Shown here: positions 18,177 to 27,958 of the stretch, piece after piece
Position numbering within the stretch: the first letter of the stretch is position 1
How the letters are laid out: the number at the start of each line of letters is the position of its first letter
NCBI GenBank assembly: GCA_041175285.1
Contig: JBEDFG010000006.1
Coordinates: 1 to 43,585 of the forward strand
Direction: 5' to 3'
Length of the DNA: 43,585 nt
Source: Bacteroidota bacterium
GTDB taxonomy: Bacteria; Bacteroidota; Bacteroidia; Cytophagales; Spirosomataceae
Program-made: the position numbers and the translations under genes
Notes under the pieces: model-generated
Told to the model about the DNA's origin: nothing
Databases searched by the model: none
What the model saw: the letters and a program-made list of their open reading frames with translations, nothing else

Positions 18177-19433
18177 TTATTCCATCGCTTTTTGAACATC
18201 TAAATCCAGTAAATCTTTTGATTTATAGGCCACGATGGAAACCAATACCAGCGTGGCGCAAGCTCCTAGAATCACCGAAGGCACAGTTCCAAAAAACTTA
18301 GCCGCAACACCCGATTCAAACGCACCCATTTCATTCGACGTACTCACAAACACCCCATTGACAGATGACACGCGCCCGCGCATTTCATCTGGCGTAAATA
18401 CACGCAAAACGGTCTGGCGAATCACCACACTAATCGAGTCAAATGCCCCTGTAAAGAATAAAGCAACGACCGAAATCCAGAAATTAGTTGAGAAACCAAA
18501 AATAAATGTGGCGATTCCAAAACCTGCGATGGCCAACAATAAATTGCGCCAGGCATGTTTCAAGGGAGGAAAATAGAGCATCAAGAGCATCGTCAACACA
18601 GCGCCAACGGATGGAGCTGCTCGAAGTACACCTAAACCTTCAGCGCCCACCTGCAAAATATCCTCCGCATACACAGGTAAAATAGCAATGACGCCACCAA
18701 ACAAGACCGAAAACAGATCCAGCGAAATCGCATATAAAATGATTTTGGTCTTAAACACATACGTAATCCCTTCGCGCAAACTAAGCCAAATCGAATCGTG
18801 CTGGACGTTTTTGGGAGGTATAGGCCGACTATCTATTAAAAATAAACAGGCCATAACAATCAATAAAAAGACAATTACCGTAATTAACGATCCGGCTAAA
18901 CCGGCATACGCATATAAAAAACCCGCCGCTCCAGGACCTAAAATGGATCCTAATTGCCAAAAGGAACTATTCCAAGTCGCCGCATTTGCAAAGACTTCTT
19001 TAGGTACTAAAAATGGATTTAATGAGGAAGCTGCTGGACTAAAAAATCCTTTAGCCAAACCGATCAAAAAGATGACGAAATAAATGACATAAATATGAAA
19101 ATTCGCATCCTGCGAATCCAACTGCAACGCCGAATAAAGCAATAAACATGACCCAAGAATGATCACCAGCAATGAGTTTTGCATGATTTTTTTCTTGTCA
19201 CGATTATCGGCAAAATGCCCCCCAAACAACACAAGTGATATATACGGCACCGCCTCAGCTAGACCAATCAAACCCAAAGCCAGCGGATTGTGCGTCAAAT
19301 GATAAATTTCATAGGCTAAAATCACCTCCTGCATCAACAGCGCAATTGTAAAAAACGTATTTCCCGTCACATATGCCCTAAATTCGGGAAAACGCAAGGC
19401 CTGATAGGCATCCTTATTTTTAAAATAGCTCAT
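18177..19433 (-). CDS. MFS transporter (EntS/H+ antiporter-like)
   Basis: About 12 hydrophobic segments; GGHFAD, LDLFSVLFGG, TPDEMRGRVSSVN. Confidence 0.9.
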   Translation of the reverse strand: MSYFKNKDAYQALRFPEFRAYVTGNTFFTIALLMQEVILAYEIYHLTHNPLALGLIGLAEAVPYISLVLFGGHFADNRDKKKIMQNSLLVIILGSCLLLYSALQLDSQDANFHIYVIYFVIFLIGLAKGFFSPAASSLNPFLVPKEVFANAATWNSSFWQLGSILGPGAAGFLYAYAGLAGSLITVIVFLLIVMACLFLIDSRPIPPKNVQHDSIWLSLREGITYVFKTKIILYAISLDLFSVLFGGVIAILPVYAEDILQVGAEGLGVLRAAPSVGAVLTMLLMLYFPPLKHAWRNLLLAIAGFGIATFIFGFSTNFWISVVALFFTGAFDSISVVIRQTVLRVFTPDEMRGRVSSVNGVFVSTSNEMGAFESGVAAKFFGTVPSVILGACATLVLVSIVAYKSKDLLDLDVQKAME

Positions 19434-20164
19434 AGATGAAATATAATATGGGACTTAAAAAGGCAAGTTCTCCAAGCCAACGACGCTGTAAATTGGGACT
19501 AAAATAATAAATCCAAACATGAATGCCTTGTATAATCGCAAAGCATGTGGTAATCAAGCCCGAAAATTGCCACAAAATAGATCCTAAAAGAGCCATCATA
19601 GGCCATTGCAGCCAATAAAAAATAAGCCCAAATATGGCTTTACCCTCCAGCCAGGTAAATAGGGAAAGATTCATGCAAGCCAACAAAAATACCTCGGCAA
19701 ATAAAAGCCAACTGAATTGACCCGTGGCAAAGCTTGGCAAAAATAAACCACAAGCATACAGAATGGAAGTGAAAAATTCCTTAGGCAACCAAATCCGATC
19801 CCAAAATTTCAACGCGAATCCATAGACTAGCAATACATACACTTAGATAAATGCCTAAACGTATTAATTCAACAGAAACATAGGTCAACGAATAAGCTAA
19901 TAGTAACAGCAGAAAGGCAATAAATGCTCTTAAGTATTTCTGAAATCGATGATGAAATACATGAATATCATCAGCTGGTTGGCCAATTAAATTATCCAAT
20001 TGTCGATCGGTCAAATAATAAATCCAGACCGACAAACCTAAAACCACATGATCCGAAAATGATTGTTGGCCACCTACAAGCACCTTCCAAAGCATCGCCT
20101 GCATAGCCAAAGCACCGAAAACAACATCCAAACTAATGATATGAATTGCTCTAAAGAAGCGCAT
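19420..20164 (-). pseudogene. Frameshifted membrane protein, distantly UbiA prenyltransferase-like
   Basis: Overlapping ORFs 19781-20164 and 19420-19842 join into one 246-aa frame if one copy of TACA-TACA (19834-19841) is removed. The family guess rests only on YLTDRQLD and is weak. Confidence 0.7.
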
Positions 20165-20979
20165 TCTTTCTTTTTTCGACTTGAATTTGATCTCCTACTG
20201 CCAATTTTCCATGAACGATCGGAACGGCTTGTTGGCCGAAATAAACCTTATTCTCCACCTTCCGAAATGTGCTCAACGCAGCAAGCATCGATTTATCCAC
20301 CTCTCCCGTAGAAGGTTCGACATTGATGAGCTGGCATCGCGCACACGGTTTCGCGCCGAATAAACGAACAGATCCCATGGAAAATTCCGACCACGAATCC
20401 TCATCAAAAGCCTCAATCCCCGAAATAATGACATTTGCCCGAAAGCGCATCCAATCAAACGAAGTACCTAGGCGCATTTCCACGGCCTGATAAGAAGCTT
20501 CAGAAGCCAATAAAATGGGAAGCGAATCAGCAAATGAACTTTGCTGAGATCCTTGGGTTTGGTATTTGTACGCAATAGCACGAGGTGCCTCCGATTGAAT
20601 CTGAACCAGTCGAACTGACTCCATTAACAACGCTGAAAACCAGGCGGAAATACCGTCAGCAACTTCACGAACGTGAATTTCATCAATCATCCCATAAAGA
20701 TACATCCACCCAATCGCCCAATACTGGATTTATGGGTAAAACACAATGATTTTGAGTGATTTGATCCAAAATCAGAAAATCTTCCCCATATAATTTCAAC
20801 GCAAATCGCGTCAAATCTGGTCGCGTACGCTGCGTGATGAATTGACCCGTGTCGGACACCAACATGAACCGTCGGTCCCCCACTAATCCCAGGGCATCTA
20901 CTGCAACTTCTTGTAGGGCAACAGGTCCGAGTGATTTAATCGGAAAAATGATGAGCTGGGATATATATGGCAAAGACAT
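20151..20979 (-). pseudogene. Frameshifted MOSC-domain protein (mARC/YcbX-like)
   Basis: N-half has IFPIKS, DRRFML, TQR; C-half has FAD..P, RFRANV, EDSW, KPCARC, FGQ. Removing one copy of ATCA-ATCA (20682-20689) gives one 274-aa frame. Confidence 0.85.
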
Positions 20980-21091
20980 CTTGCAAATTAGCAATTTCAA
21001 AAATAAAATCACTATCACGACTTGTAGGCTAGTTCCTTCGAAATCTGAATCAAAAGTGCTATGTTTGTTCTTTGCCTCTTAACATTAACCT

Positions 21092-22411
21092 ATGAAACCA
21101 GTTGGCTTACCCCTCACCCTCCTATTCGCTTTATCCTTAGGCACGTTTTCTGTACAAGCACAAGAAACACTTCGTTTGGAAGATGCCATTCAGCAAGGAT
21201 TAAAGAATCAATTCTCTATTCAAATTGCCAAAAAGCGCGAGAAAATTGCGGAGAATGAGAATACCTTAGGTAATGCAGGATTTCTGCCAACGATCACAGG
21301 AACGGCAACAAAAAACTACACCGTTTCAGGTTTAAATCAAGAATTTTTTGGGGGATTGCGTCCACCATTAGTTCAAAGTGGCGTACGTTCTAACTCAGGA
21401 AATGCGGGTGTAGCCATGGCTTGGACCTTATATGATGGTAAAGGGATGTTCATTTTGAGGGATCGATTTGGCGAATTACAGCAATTGGGTGCAAAGCAAA
21501 CAGAAACATCCATTGAGAATCTGATCGCCTTAATAAGCACAACCTATTATGATATTATCCGTCAAGAATTACGGGTGAATAACTTTAAAAAAGGGCTAGA
21601 AATTTCAAATGACCGCCTTAAATTAGCGAAAGACCGTTACGAGGTAGGCCAAGGATCTAAAGTGGATTACTATTCTGCTCAAGTAGATTACAACGAAGAT
21701 AAGGCGCTTTTACTTGCACAGGAGCAATCATTTTTGAATACTAAAATCAGTTTCAATTCGCTTTTAGTGCGTGCCATGCAAACGGAATTTAACGTACTGC
21801 CGGTCATTGATTTACTACCGAAATTATCTCTGAACGAATTACGCGATTTGGCCTTAAAACAAAATCCGACTTTGTTGGCAGCAATCGTCAATAAACGTAT
21901 TTCTGACTTGGACATCAAGAATATCCAAAGTCTTCAAATGCCACAAATCGACTTGCTTGCTGGATATAATATGAATCAGGTAGAAAATGGTGCCGGTTTT
22001 GGTGTTCAAAAGGGAACGAGCAATGCCTTAAACTATGGTTTACGTGCGACCATCAATATCTTTGACGGATATAACCAAAAGCGCCGTGTGCAGACAGCTA
22101 AAATCAATGCTGAAATTGCCCAATTACAAATTGAAGATCTCAAAAACTCATTAAATGCATCTCTGGATCGCGCATTCGTGACGTATGAAAATGCCTTAAA
22201 TTTGATCAATTTGGAATCTGAAAATTATACGATCGCTAAGCAAAATATTGAAATCGCATTTGACCGATTCAAAGTAGGAATTGCAACATCGTATGAACTT
22301 CGTGAGGTGCAGCGTAATGCTGTTGCTGCTGAAACGCGATTGATCGAAGCGAAATATGCGGCTAAATCAGCTGAAATTGAACTAATTCGTTTGAGCGGAG
22401 GAATTTTATAA
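21092..22411 (+). CDS. TolC-family outer membrane efflux protein
   Basis: Signal peptide ending QA|Q; two OEP repeats (GFLPTI, IFDGYN, RFKVG). Confidence 0.9.
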   Translation: MKPVGLPLTLLFALSLGTFSVQAQETLRLEDAIQQGLKNQFSIQIAKKREKIAENENTLGNAGFLPTITGTATKNYTVSGLNQEFFGGLRPPLVQSGVRSNSGNAGVAMAWTLYDGKGMFILRDRFGELQQLGAKQTETSIENLIALISTTYYDIIRQELRVNNFKKGLEISNDRLKLAKDRYEVGQGSKVDYYSAQVDYNEDKALLLAQEQSFLNTKISFNSLLVRAMQTEFNVLPVIDLLPKLSLNELRDLALKQNPTLLAAIVNKRISDLDIKNIQSLQMPQIDLLAGYNMNQVENGAGFGVQKGTSNALNYGLRATINIFDGYNQKRRVQTAKINAEIAQLQIEDLKNSLNASLDRAFVTYENALNLINLESENYTIAKQNIEIAFDRFKVGIATSYELREVQRNAVAAETRLIEAKYAAKSAEIELIRLSGGIL

Positions 22412-24190
22412 TCCCTGCTCCTCGTTTAGTTGTTGCTGGTACAAATCGTAATACAATTGCTTGCTTTTCATCAATTGAGCATGTGTACCTTCTTCCAATA
22501 ACTTTCCGTCTTGCAAGACAAAAATGCGGTTAGCTAACTTCGCAGATGATACGCGATGCGAGATAATTAAGCTCGTCTTATCCTGCATAATATGGCGCAA
22601 ATGCTCCAAAATTTGATGTTCGGTATGCGTATCCACCGCCGAAAGGCAATCATCTAAAATCAATATGGATGGTTTTTTAGCCAAGGCCCGTGCCAATGAA
22701 ACACGTTGTTTTTGACCACCCGAAAGTGTCACGCCACGTTCACCCAATAAGGTTTCATATTGGTCCGGAAATTCCATGATGTTATCATGAACATCTGCAT
22801 AGTGAGCTGCCTGATGCATTTCCTCCTCTGTCAAATCATCTTGCCCAAAACGAATATTCTCCGCGATGGAAGTTGAAAATAAGAAAACATCTTGAGGAAC
22901 AAATCCCAGATGCTTACGAACATGCTGGATATCCCAATCCTTTAGCGAAATTCCATCTAACAAAATCTCTCCTGCCGACGGGTCATAAAAACGAGCCATT
23001 AATAACGCAATCGTACTTTTACCCGAACCTGTCGTTCCCAATAAGGCCACGGCTTCACCCGGCATGATCTCCAAATTCAAATCATGTAAAACGGCTCTAT
23101 CGGCCCCAGGATATGTAAAATGCACGTTTTTGAACGTCCACCTCCCCTGAATTGCTTGTACGATTTGTTTGCCAGCAACAAGCTCTGACTGGATGTTCAA
23201 GAATTCATTGATCCGCTTTTGAGACGCGGCGGCACGCTGGATTTGGGAGCTGGTCCAACCGAGAGCGGTTACGGGCCAGGTCAACATAAACACATACATG
23301 ATAAACTCGGTAATGTTACCGATGGTCATGCGACCAGCCATGACTTCTTTGGAACCCACGTATACGACAAGTAGGGTAGAAAAACCAACTAGCAATGATA
23401 TGAGTGGGGTAAATAAGGAATCAATGCGAACTAAATCCAACGATTTGCGACGGTAATTAGCTGAAGCATCAGCGAATGATTCCACCGATTGTTTCTCGCG
23501 AACAAAAGACTTCAATACCCGAATACCAGAAAAAGCTTCTTGTGCAAAAGTCGAAATAGATGACAATCCAGATTGAATCTCTTCAGACTTACGAATGATT
23601 AACGAATTGACATAATAAATACTGAAGGAGAGAATGGGAAGTGGTAGCAATACATACCACATGAGCGTAGGACTCACATGCCACATGTAATAAATAACCA
23701 ATGCAAAGACGGTAATCAAATTCAGCCCATACATCATGCTTGGACCCACGTACATCCGAACTTTACTCACATCTTCCGAAATACGCGCCATCAAATCACC
23801 GGTATTTTGTTGGCGATAAAACGAAAGTGGCAACGTCTGATAATGCGCATAGATCTCTTGTTTCATTTCATATTCGATGTGACGAGACATGACGATGAGC
23901 GTTTGTCGAACCAAAAACAAAAACACGCCTTTGATGAAGGCCATCAAAACGATTAAAAAACCATAATAAAATAACGTGCTAGCGAAAACCTCATAAAAGG
24001 CTGATTGTAAACTAAAACCTTTGAAAAGAAAGTAAATATCAATGGTTTCAGTTACCAGGTCGAGCGCAAAACGAACGAGTTGGGCAGGCACAACACCGAA
24101 AAAATTAGATCCAAACGTAAAGATGATACCCAGAAAGAGTAACCATTTATACCGCCAAAAAAAAGTATTGAGATGACCTAAAGCGCCCAT
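22406..24190 (-). CDS. ABC transporter fused permease/ATP-binding protein (MdlA-like exporter)
   Basis: TGDLMARISED, Walker A GTTGSGKS, LSGGQKQR, ILDDCLSAVD, SHR. Start at ATG 24190, downstream of a -7 box. Confidence 0.9.
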   Translation of the reverse strand: MGALGHLNTFFWRYKWLLFLGIIFTFGSNFFGVVPAQLVRFALDLVTETIDIYFLFKGFSLQSAFYEVFASTLFYYGFLIVLMAFIKGVFLFLVRQTLIVMSRHIEYEMKQEIYAHYQTLPLSFYRQQNTGDLMARISEDVSKVRMYVGPSMMYGLNLITVFALVIYYMWHVSPTLMWYVLLPLPILSFSIYYVNSLIIRKSEEIQSGLSSISTFAQEAFSGIRVLKSFVREKQSVESFADASANYRRKSLDLVRIDSLFTPLISLLVGFSTLLVVYVGSKEVMAGRMTIGNITEFIMYVFMLTWPVTALGWTSSQIQRAAASQKRINEFLNIQSELVAGKQIVQAIQGRWTFKNVHFTYPGADRAVLHDLNLEIMPGEAVALLGTTGSGKSTIALLMARFYDPSAGEILLDGISLKDWDIQHVRKHLGFVPQDVFLFSTSIAENIRFGQDDLTEEEMHQAAHYADVHDNIMEFPDQYETLLGERGVTLSGGQKQRVSLARALAKKPSILILDDCLSAVDTHTEHQILEHLRHIMQDKTSLIISHRVSSAKLANRIFVLQDGKLLEEGTHAQLMKSKQLYYDLYQQQLNEEQGL

Positions 24191-24206
24191 GAAAATATTA
24201 ATCAAA

Positions 24207-24246
24207 CAAAGATAGCCCCTTTTTCAAATTAAAATAGTTAATTTTG
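24207..24246. promoter_or_regulatory. Divergent pair of -7 promoter boxes (ABC exporter / nusB operon)
   Basis: TATCTTTG on the minus strand at 24207-24214 and TAATTTTG on the plus strand at 24239-24246. Confidence 0.6.
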
Positions 24247-24279
24247 TGTTTTCAAAAACAGAACGCTCTTTAATTTCGG

Positions 24280-25443
24280 ATGGTAAACAGAAGATTACTT
24301 CGTGTCAAAGCATTTCAACAAATGTATGCTTACTGGACACAGGAACGTGCCCAATATCAATTGGCATTTGATGGCTTAACCGCTATTTTCCAACCTGACT
24401 TATCACTTATGATTGCCAAGGAAGACCAAACGCCGCGTTTGGAAGGCCTTCGTAAATTAGCCGAAATCCAATTAACTGAATTTTTTCAAGGAGTACCCAC
24501 AGAGGAAACCATACCATCTGAAGCACTAGAAGCTGCGAAATCAGTACACCGCATCTACCAAAATAATGTAGCCAAAATTGCGAAGGACCTAAAAAAGGAA
24601 ATGGTTTCAGAGGTAGAGTCCATCTTCAAACAATACTTAAAAATCCTTTATTACATCCAATCGCTTCCGATGATTGGACAATGGGATGAGCAGCGTCGTT
24701 TATTGGAAAACCCGATCAAAACGTCATTAATTGGCAAAAATAAAGTATTAGCTATCATGCCGAAATGGCGTGATTTGCAACAAGCATTCGCCGATTATAA
24801 CATAGGCTGGTCGGAAGATGAGGAAAACATGTTAAAGAAAGTCTTCATCGAAGGCATCTTGCCTGACGAAGCCTTCATCAATTATTTACCAGAAGCTGGA
24901 AAAGATGTAACTGCAGATATCGAAATGATCAAATACATTTTGAAAAATTATCTGTTAAAACATCCGATGATGGCCGAATATTTCGAGGAAAAAGATTTAA
25001 ATTGGCATTTAAATAAGGATGTAGTCAAAAGTTTAGCGACTAAAACATTCAAGGTCGAAGCGATCGAAGATTTGCAAATTCAACCCTTAGGTTTACAGTG
25101 GGACGATGATAAAAAATTCTTCGAAGAATTATTCGATTATTGCGTTAAAGAGGATCTTCAATTAACGCAATGGGTGAATGATCAAACGAAAAACTGGGAC
25201 ACGGAGCGTTTAGCCACCACCGATTTAATCATTTTAAAAATGGCGGTTGCAGAAATGATTCAATTCCCTAGCATCCCCGTTAAAGTTAGTATCAACGAAT
25301 TCATTGAAGTAGCCAAAAACTACTCCACACCGAAATCAGGATCGTTTATCAATGGTATACTCGATGTGATTTCTGTTCGTTTGATCGGAGAAAAAATTAT
25401 ACAAAAATCAGGTCGAGGATTAATCGACATAGCAAGTAAATAA
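24280..25443 (+). CDS. nusB: Transcription antitermination factor NusB (long Bacteroidota type)
   Basis: NRRLLRVK N-terminus; C-terminal NWDTERLA, IPVKVSINEFIEVAKNYS, FINGILD. Confidence 0.9.
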   Translation: MVNRRLLRVKAFQQMYAYWTQERAQYQLAFDGLTAIFQPDLSLMIAKEDQTPRLEGLRKLAEIQLTEFFQGVPTEETIPSEALEAAKSVHRIYQNNVAKIAKDLKKEMVSEVESIFKQYLKILYYIQSLPMIGQWDEQRRLLENPIKTSLIGKNKVLAIMPKWRDLQQAFADYNIGWSEDEENMLKKVFIEGILPDEAFINYLPEAGKDVTADIEMIKYILKNYLLKHPMMAEYFEEKDLNWHLNKDVVKSLATKTFKVEAIEDLQIQPLGLQWDDDKKFFEELFDYCVKEDLQLTQWVNDQTKNWDTERLATTDLIILKMAVAEMIQFPSIPVKVSINEFIEVAKNYSTPKSGSFINGILDVISVRLIGEKIIQKSGRGLIDIASK

Positions 25444-25444
25444 T

Positions 25445-25741
25445 ATGAGCAGATCATCAAAATCGTTTTGGGCATTCATCGTAGGTGCCGCTGCAGGAGC
25501 CGCTTTGGGTATTTTATATGCACCCGATAAAGGCGAAAACACCCGCGGAAAATTGTATTTCCAATTGAACAAATACCGTGACCAATTAAAGCAATTGATC
25601 AACGATATTGTTGATGGAAAAGAAATCCCAGAAACCTTTGCCAAATCAGAAGGCAAAAAAGTGGTTCAAGACACCAAGCTAAAAGCAGAAAAACTTTTAG
25701 AAGACGTGGAAAAAATGATGAGCCAAATCAAAGCAAAGTAA
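25445..25741 (+). CDS. YtxH domain-containing protein
   Basis: FIVGAAAGAALGILYAPDKGENTR. Confidence 0.9.
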   Translation: MSRSSKSFWAFIVGAAAGAALGILYAPDKGENTRGKLYFQLNKYRDQLKQLINDIVDGKEIPETFAKSEGKKVVQDTKLKAEKLLEDVEKMMSQIKAK

Positions 25742-26184
25742 TGCGGAAATTCGGTTTGATTTTGATGGCTATTTCCATGGTTGCTTGTGTCAACAAGCAA
25801 AAGGAGGCATTGAGCACATCTGAAAATACCATTCCGTTGGAATTACGTCCAAGCCCAGAAAAACAAGCCAAATTGGTCTTTGACCAGCCGCTCGTTTACC
25901 TGGGTCGGATCAAAGAAGGTGAACAAATTTCATATACCTACCATTTTAAGAACAAGGGAAATATGCCCTTGCAAATCTTATCGGTGAACGCATCATGCGG
26001 ATGTACCACCCCAAAATGGAGTAAGGAATTAGTACAGCCTGGCAAAAAGGGATTCATCAAAGTAACCTTTGATTCGAAAGGAAAAGAAGGAAAATTACAG
26101 AAAACAATAACGGCGTATGCGAATACGTTACCGGCCGACAATCAAGTGGCATTTAAAATAGAAGTTTTACCTAATACCAAATAA
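25741..26184 (+). CDS. DUF1573 domain lipoprotein
   Basis: Lipobox MVAC; FKNKGNMPL, SCGCT, PGKKG. Confidence 0.85.
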   Translation: MRKFGLILMAISMVACVNKQKEALSTSENTIPLELRPSPEKQAKLVFDQPLVYLGRIKEGEQISYTYHFKNKGNMPLQILSVNASCGCTTPKWSKELVQPGKKGFIKVTFDSKGKEGKLQKTITAYANTLPADNQVAFKIEVLPNTK

Positions 26185-26191
26185 ACCAAAC

Positions 26192-26494
26192 ATGATCACC
26201 TTACAAGCAAACAATCCACAAATCATGCAAATCGTCCTTTTCGGAGGTATTTTTGTGGTATTTTATTTCTTCATGATTCGTCCCCAACAAAAAAAGGCGA
26301 AAGAAGCGAAGCAATTTATTGAAGAGTTGAAAACCGGTGATAAAGTCGTGACAATCGGCGGAGCACATGGTACTGTGATTACAATTCGTGAAAAAACGAT
26401 CGTGGTGGAAGTAGATGCCAACAAAGGCGTTCGTATGGTTTTTGAAAAATCAGCGATCTCTAAAGATGCTTCTTCACGTTTAACAGAAGAATAA
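26192..26494 (+). CDS. yajC: Preprotein translocase subunit YajC
   Basis: FYFFMIRPQQKK, GDKVVTIGGAHG. Confidence 0.95.
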   Translation: MITLQANNPQIMQIVLFGGIFVVFYFFMIRPQQKKAKEAKQFIEELKTGDKVVTIGGAHGTVITIREKTIVVEVDANKGVRMVFEKSAISKDASSRLTEE

Positions 26495-26498
26495 TCAG

Positions 26499-27917
26499 AT
26501 GTCTACAGGCCTGAAACCCTTTATTGGCATTACAGGCGGAATAGGATCCGGCAAATCGATGATTTGTCGGATTTTTTCTATTCTAGGGATTCCTGTCTTT
26601 GAAGCCGATCAAGTTGCTAAAACAATTTGCGATACAGATCCCGAAGTAAAAGCAGCGATTATAGAAGAATTTGGTGCGCAGGCATATTTAGCCGATGGCA
26701 GCTACAACCGCGAAGGCATCAAAAAAATATTACAAAAATACCCTCAGGACATCGAAGTGCTCAATCAAATCATTCATCCAGCGGTGCGCAAAGCAGCAGC
26801 AACTTGGCTTGAAACCGCAGCAGATGCCCCATTCTATTTATACGAATCCGCCCTGATTACCCCTAAAAATAAACCTGCTCATTTAGACCAGCTTATTGCT
26901 GTATCATGCCCGCTAGAAGAACGAATCAGTAACATTCAAAAAAGAAAACATATGAACTACATGCAAACCATGCAGATCATTGATCTTCAACCTAAACCTA
27001 CAAGCTATATGAAAGGCGCCGAATTCATCATTGAAAACAGCCAAAAAACAAGCATTTGGCCACAAATTGAACAAATTTACAAAAGTCTGGGTGGCGTTAT
27101 GCTCATGCTCTTAATCAGCTTAAGCAGCTTTGGACAAATCAAAACCATGACATTTAATATTCGTTTGGATACCGATTCAGATGGGCAAGACCAATGGAAA
27201 TACCGTGCAAAACATTGTGCAGAATTAATCAAATACCATGAGGCTGATATCATCGGGATGCAAGAAGCATTTGTACATCAAATCAAGGATTTTGCGAAAG
27301 AACTACCCGGATACAAGTGGTTTGGAAAAGGGCGAGATGATGGCAAAGAGGAAGGTGAATTCTCTCCCCTATTTTACAATACTCAAAAATTCAAATTACT
27401 CAAAGAGAGCACTTTCTGGCTTTCCGATTCCTGTGAAAAAGTAGGTTTTGGTTGGGATGCGGCTTGCCGAAGAGTCATGACTTGGGGACAATTTCAAGAG
27501 ATCAAATCGGGCAAAAAATTCTATGTTTTTAACACGCATTTTGACCATTTAGGGAAAGTAGCCCGACGGGAAAGCGCCAAGCTCGTACTTCGTAAAGTAA
27601 CTGAAATCGCAGGGAAAACTCCAGCCATTATTACCGGTGATTTTAACGCGACTCCAGATGATGAACCGATTCAAATTCTGGTTGACCCATCAAATCCCAA
27701 CAAACTTACGGATGCTGAAAAAATTAGCAAAAAGGGACACTATGGCCCATATAGCTCATTTAATGGATTCAAAAAAGAACAAGATGGACGTCACATTGAC
27801 TACATATTTGTTAAAAATGGTGTGCGGGTAAACCAACATGCCACCCATTCAGAAACATGGGAAAACCACTACCCGACAGATCATTTCCCCGTTAGCGCGG
27901 TTGTGGAATTGCCTTAA
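26499..27917 (+). CDS. coaE: Dephospho-CoA kinase fused in frame to an endonuclease/exonuclease/phosphatase (EEP) domain
   Basis: Residues ~1-195 have GITGGIGSGKS, ADQVAK, IIHPAV. Residues ~213-472 have TFNIR, GMQE, NTHFDH, GDFN, IDYIF, TDHFPV. No stop codon between the two parts. Confidence 0.85.
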   Translation: MSTGLKPFIGITGGIGSGKSMICRIFSILGIPVFEADQVAKTICDTDPEVKAAIIEEFGAQAYLADGSYNREGIKKILQKYPQDIEVLNQIIHPAVRKAAATWLETAADAPFYLYESALITPKNKPAHLDQLIAVSCPLEERISNIQKRKHMNYMQTMQIIDLQPKPTSYMKGAEFIIENSQKTSIWPQIEQIYKSLGGVMLMLLISLSSFGQIKTMTFNIRLDTDSDGQDQWKYRAKHCAELIKYHEADIIGMQEAFVHQIKDFAKELPGYKWFGKGRDDGKEEGEFSPLFYNTQKFKLLKESTFWLSDSCEKVGFGWDAACRRVMTWGQFQEIKSGKKFYVFNTHFDHLGKVARRESAKLVLRKVTEIAGKTPAIITGDFNATPDDEPIQILVDPSNPNKLTDAEKISKKGHYGPYSSFNGFKKEQDGRHIDYIFVKNGVRVNQHATHSETWENHYPTDHFPVSAVVELP

Positions 27918-27958
27918 TGCATCTTTGGAAATTGATGCCGTAAAAGTTAACTTGCCGT

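Noticed and set aside
20680-20692. Programmed +1 frameshift at GAT-TGA in the MOSC gene (prfB-like)
   Set aside because: tRNA-Asp could not re-pair from GAU to AUU and no stimulator is evident; a mutation or assembly error is simpler.
21092-24190. TolC plus ABC exporter as a type I secretion or efflux operon
   Set aside because: The genes are convergent and no membrane fusion protein is present; adjacency is probably incidental.
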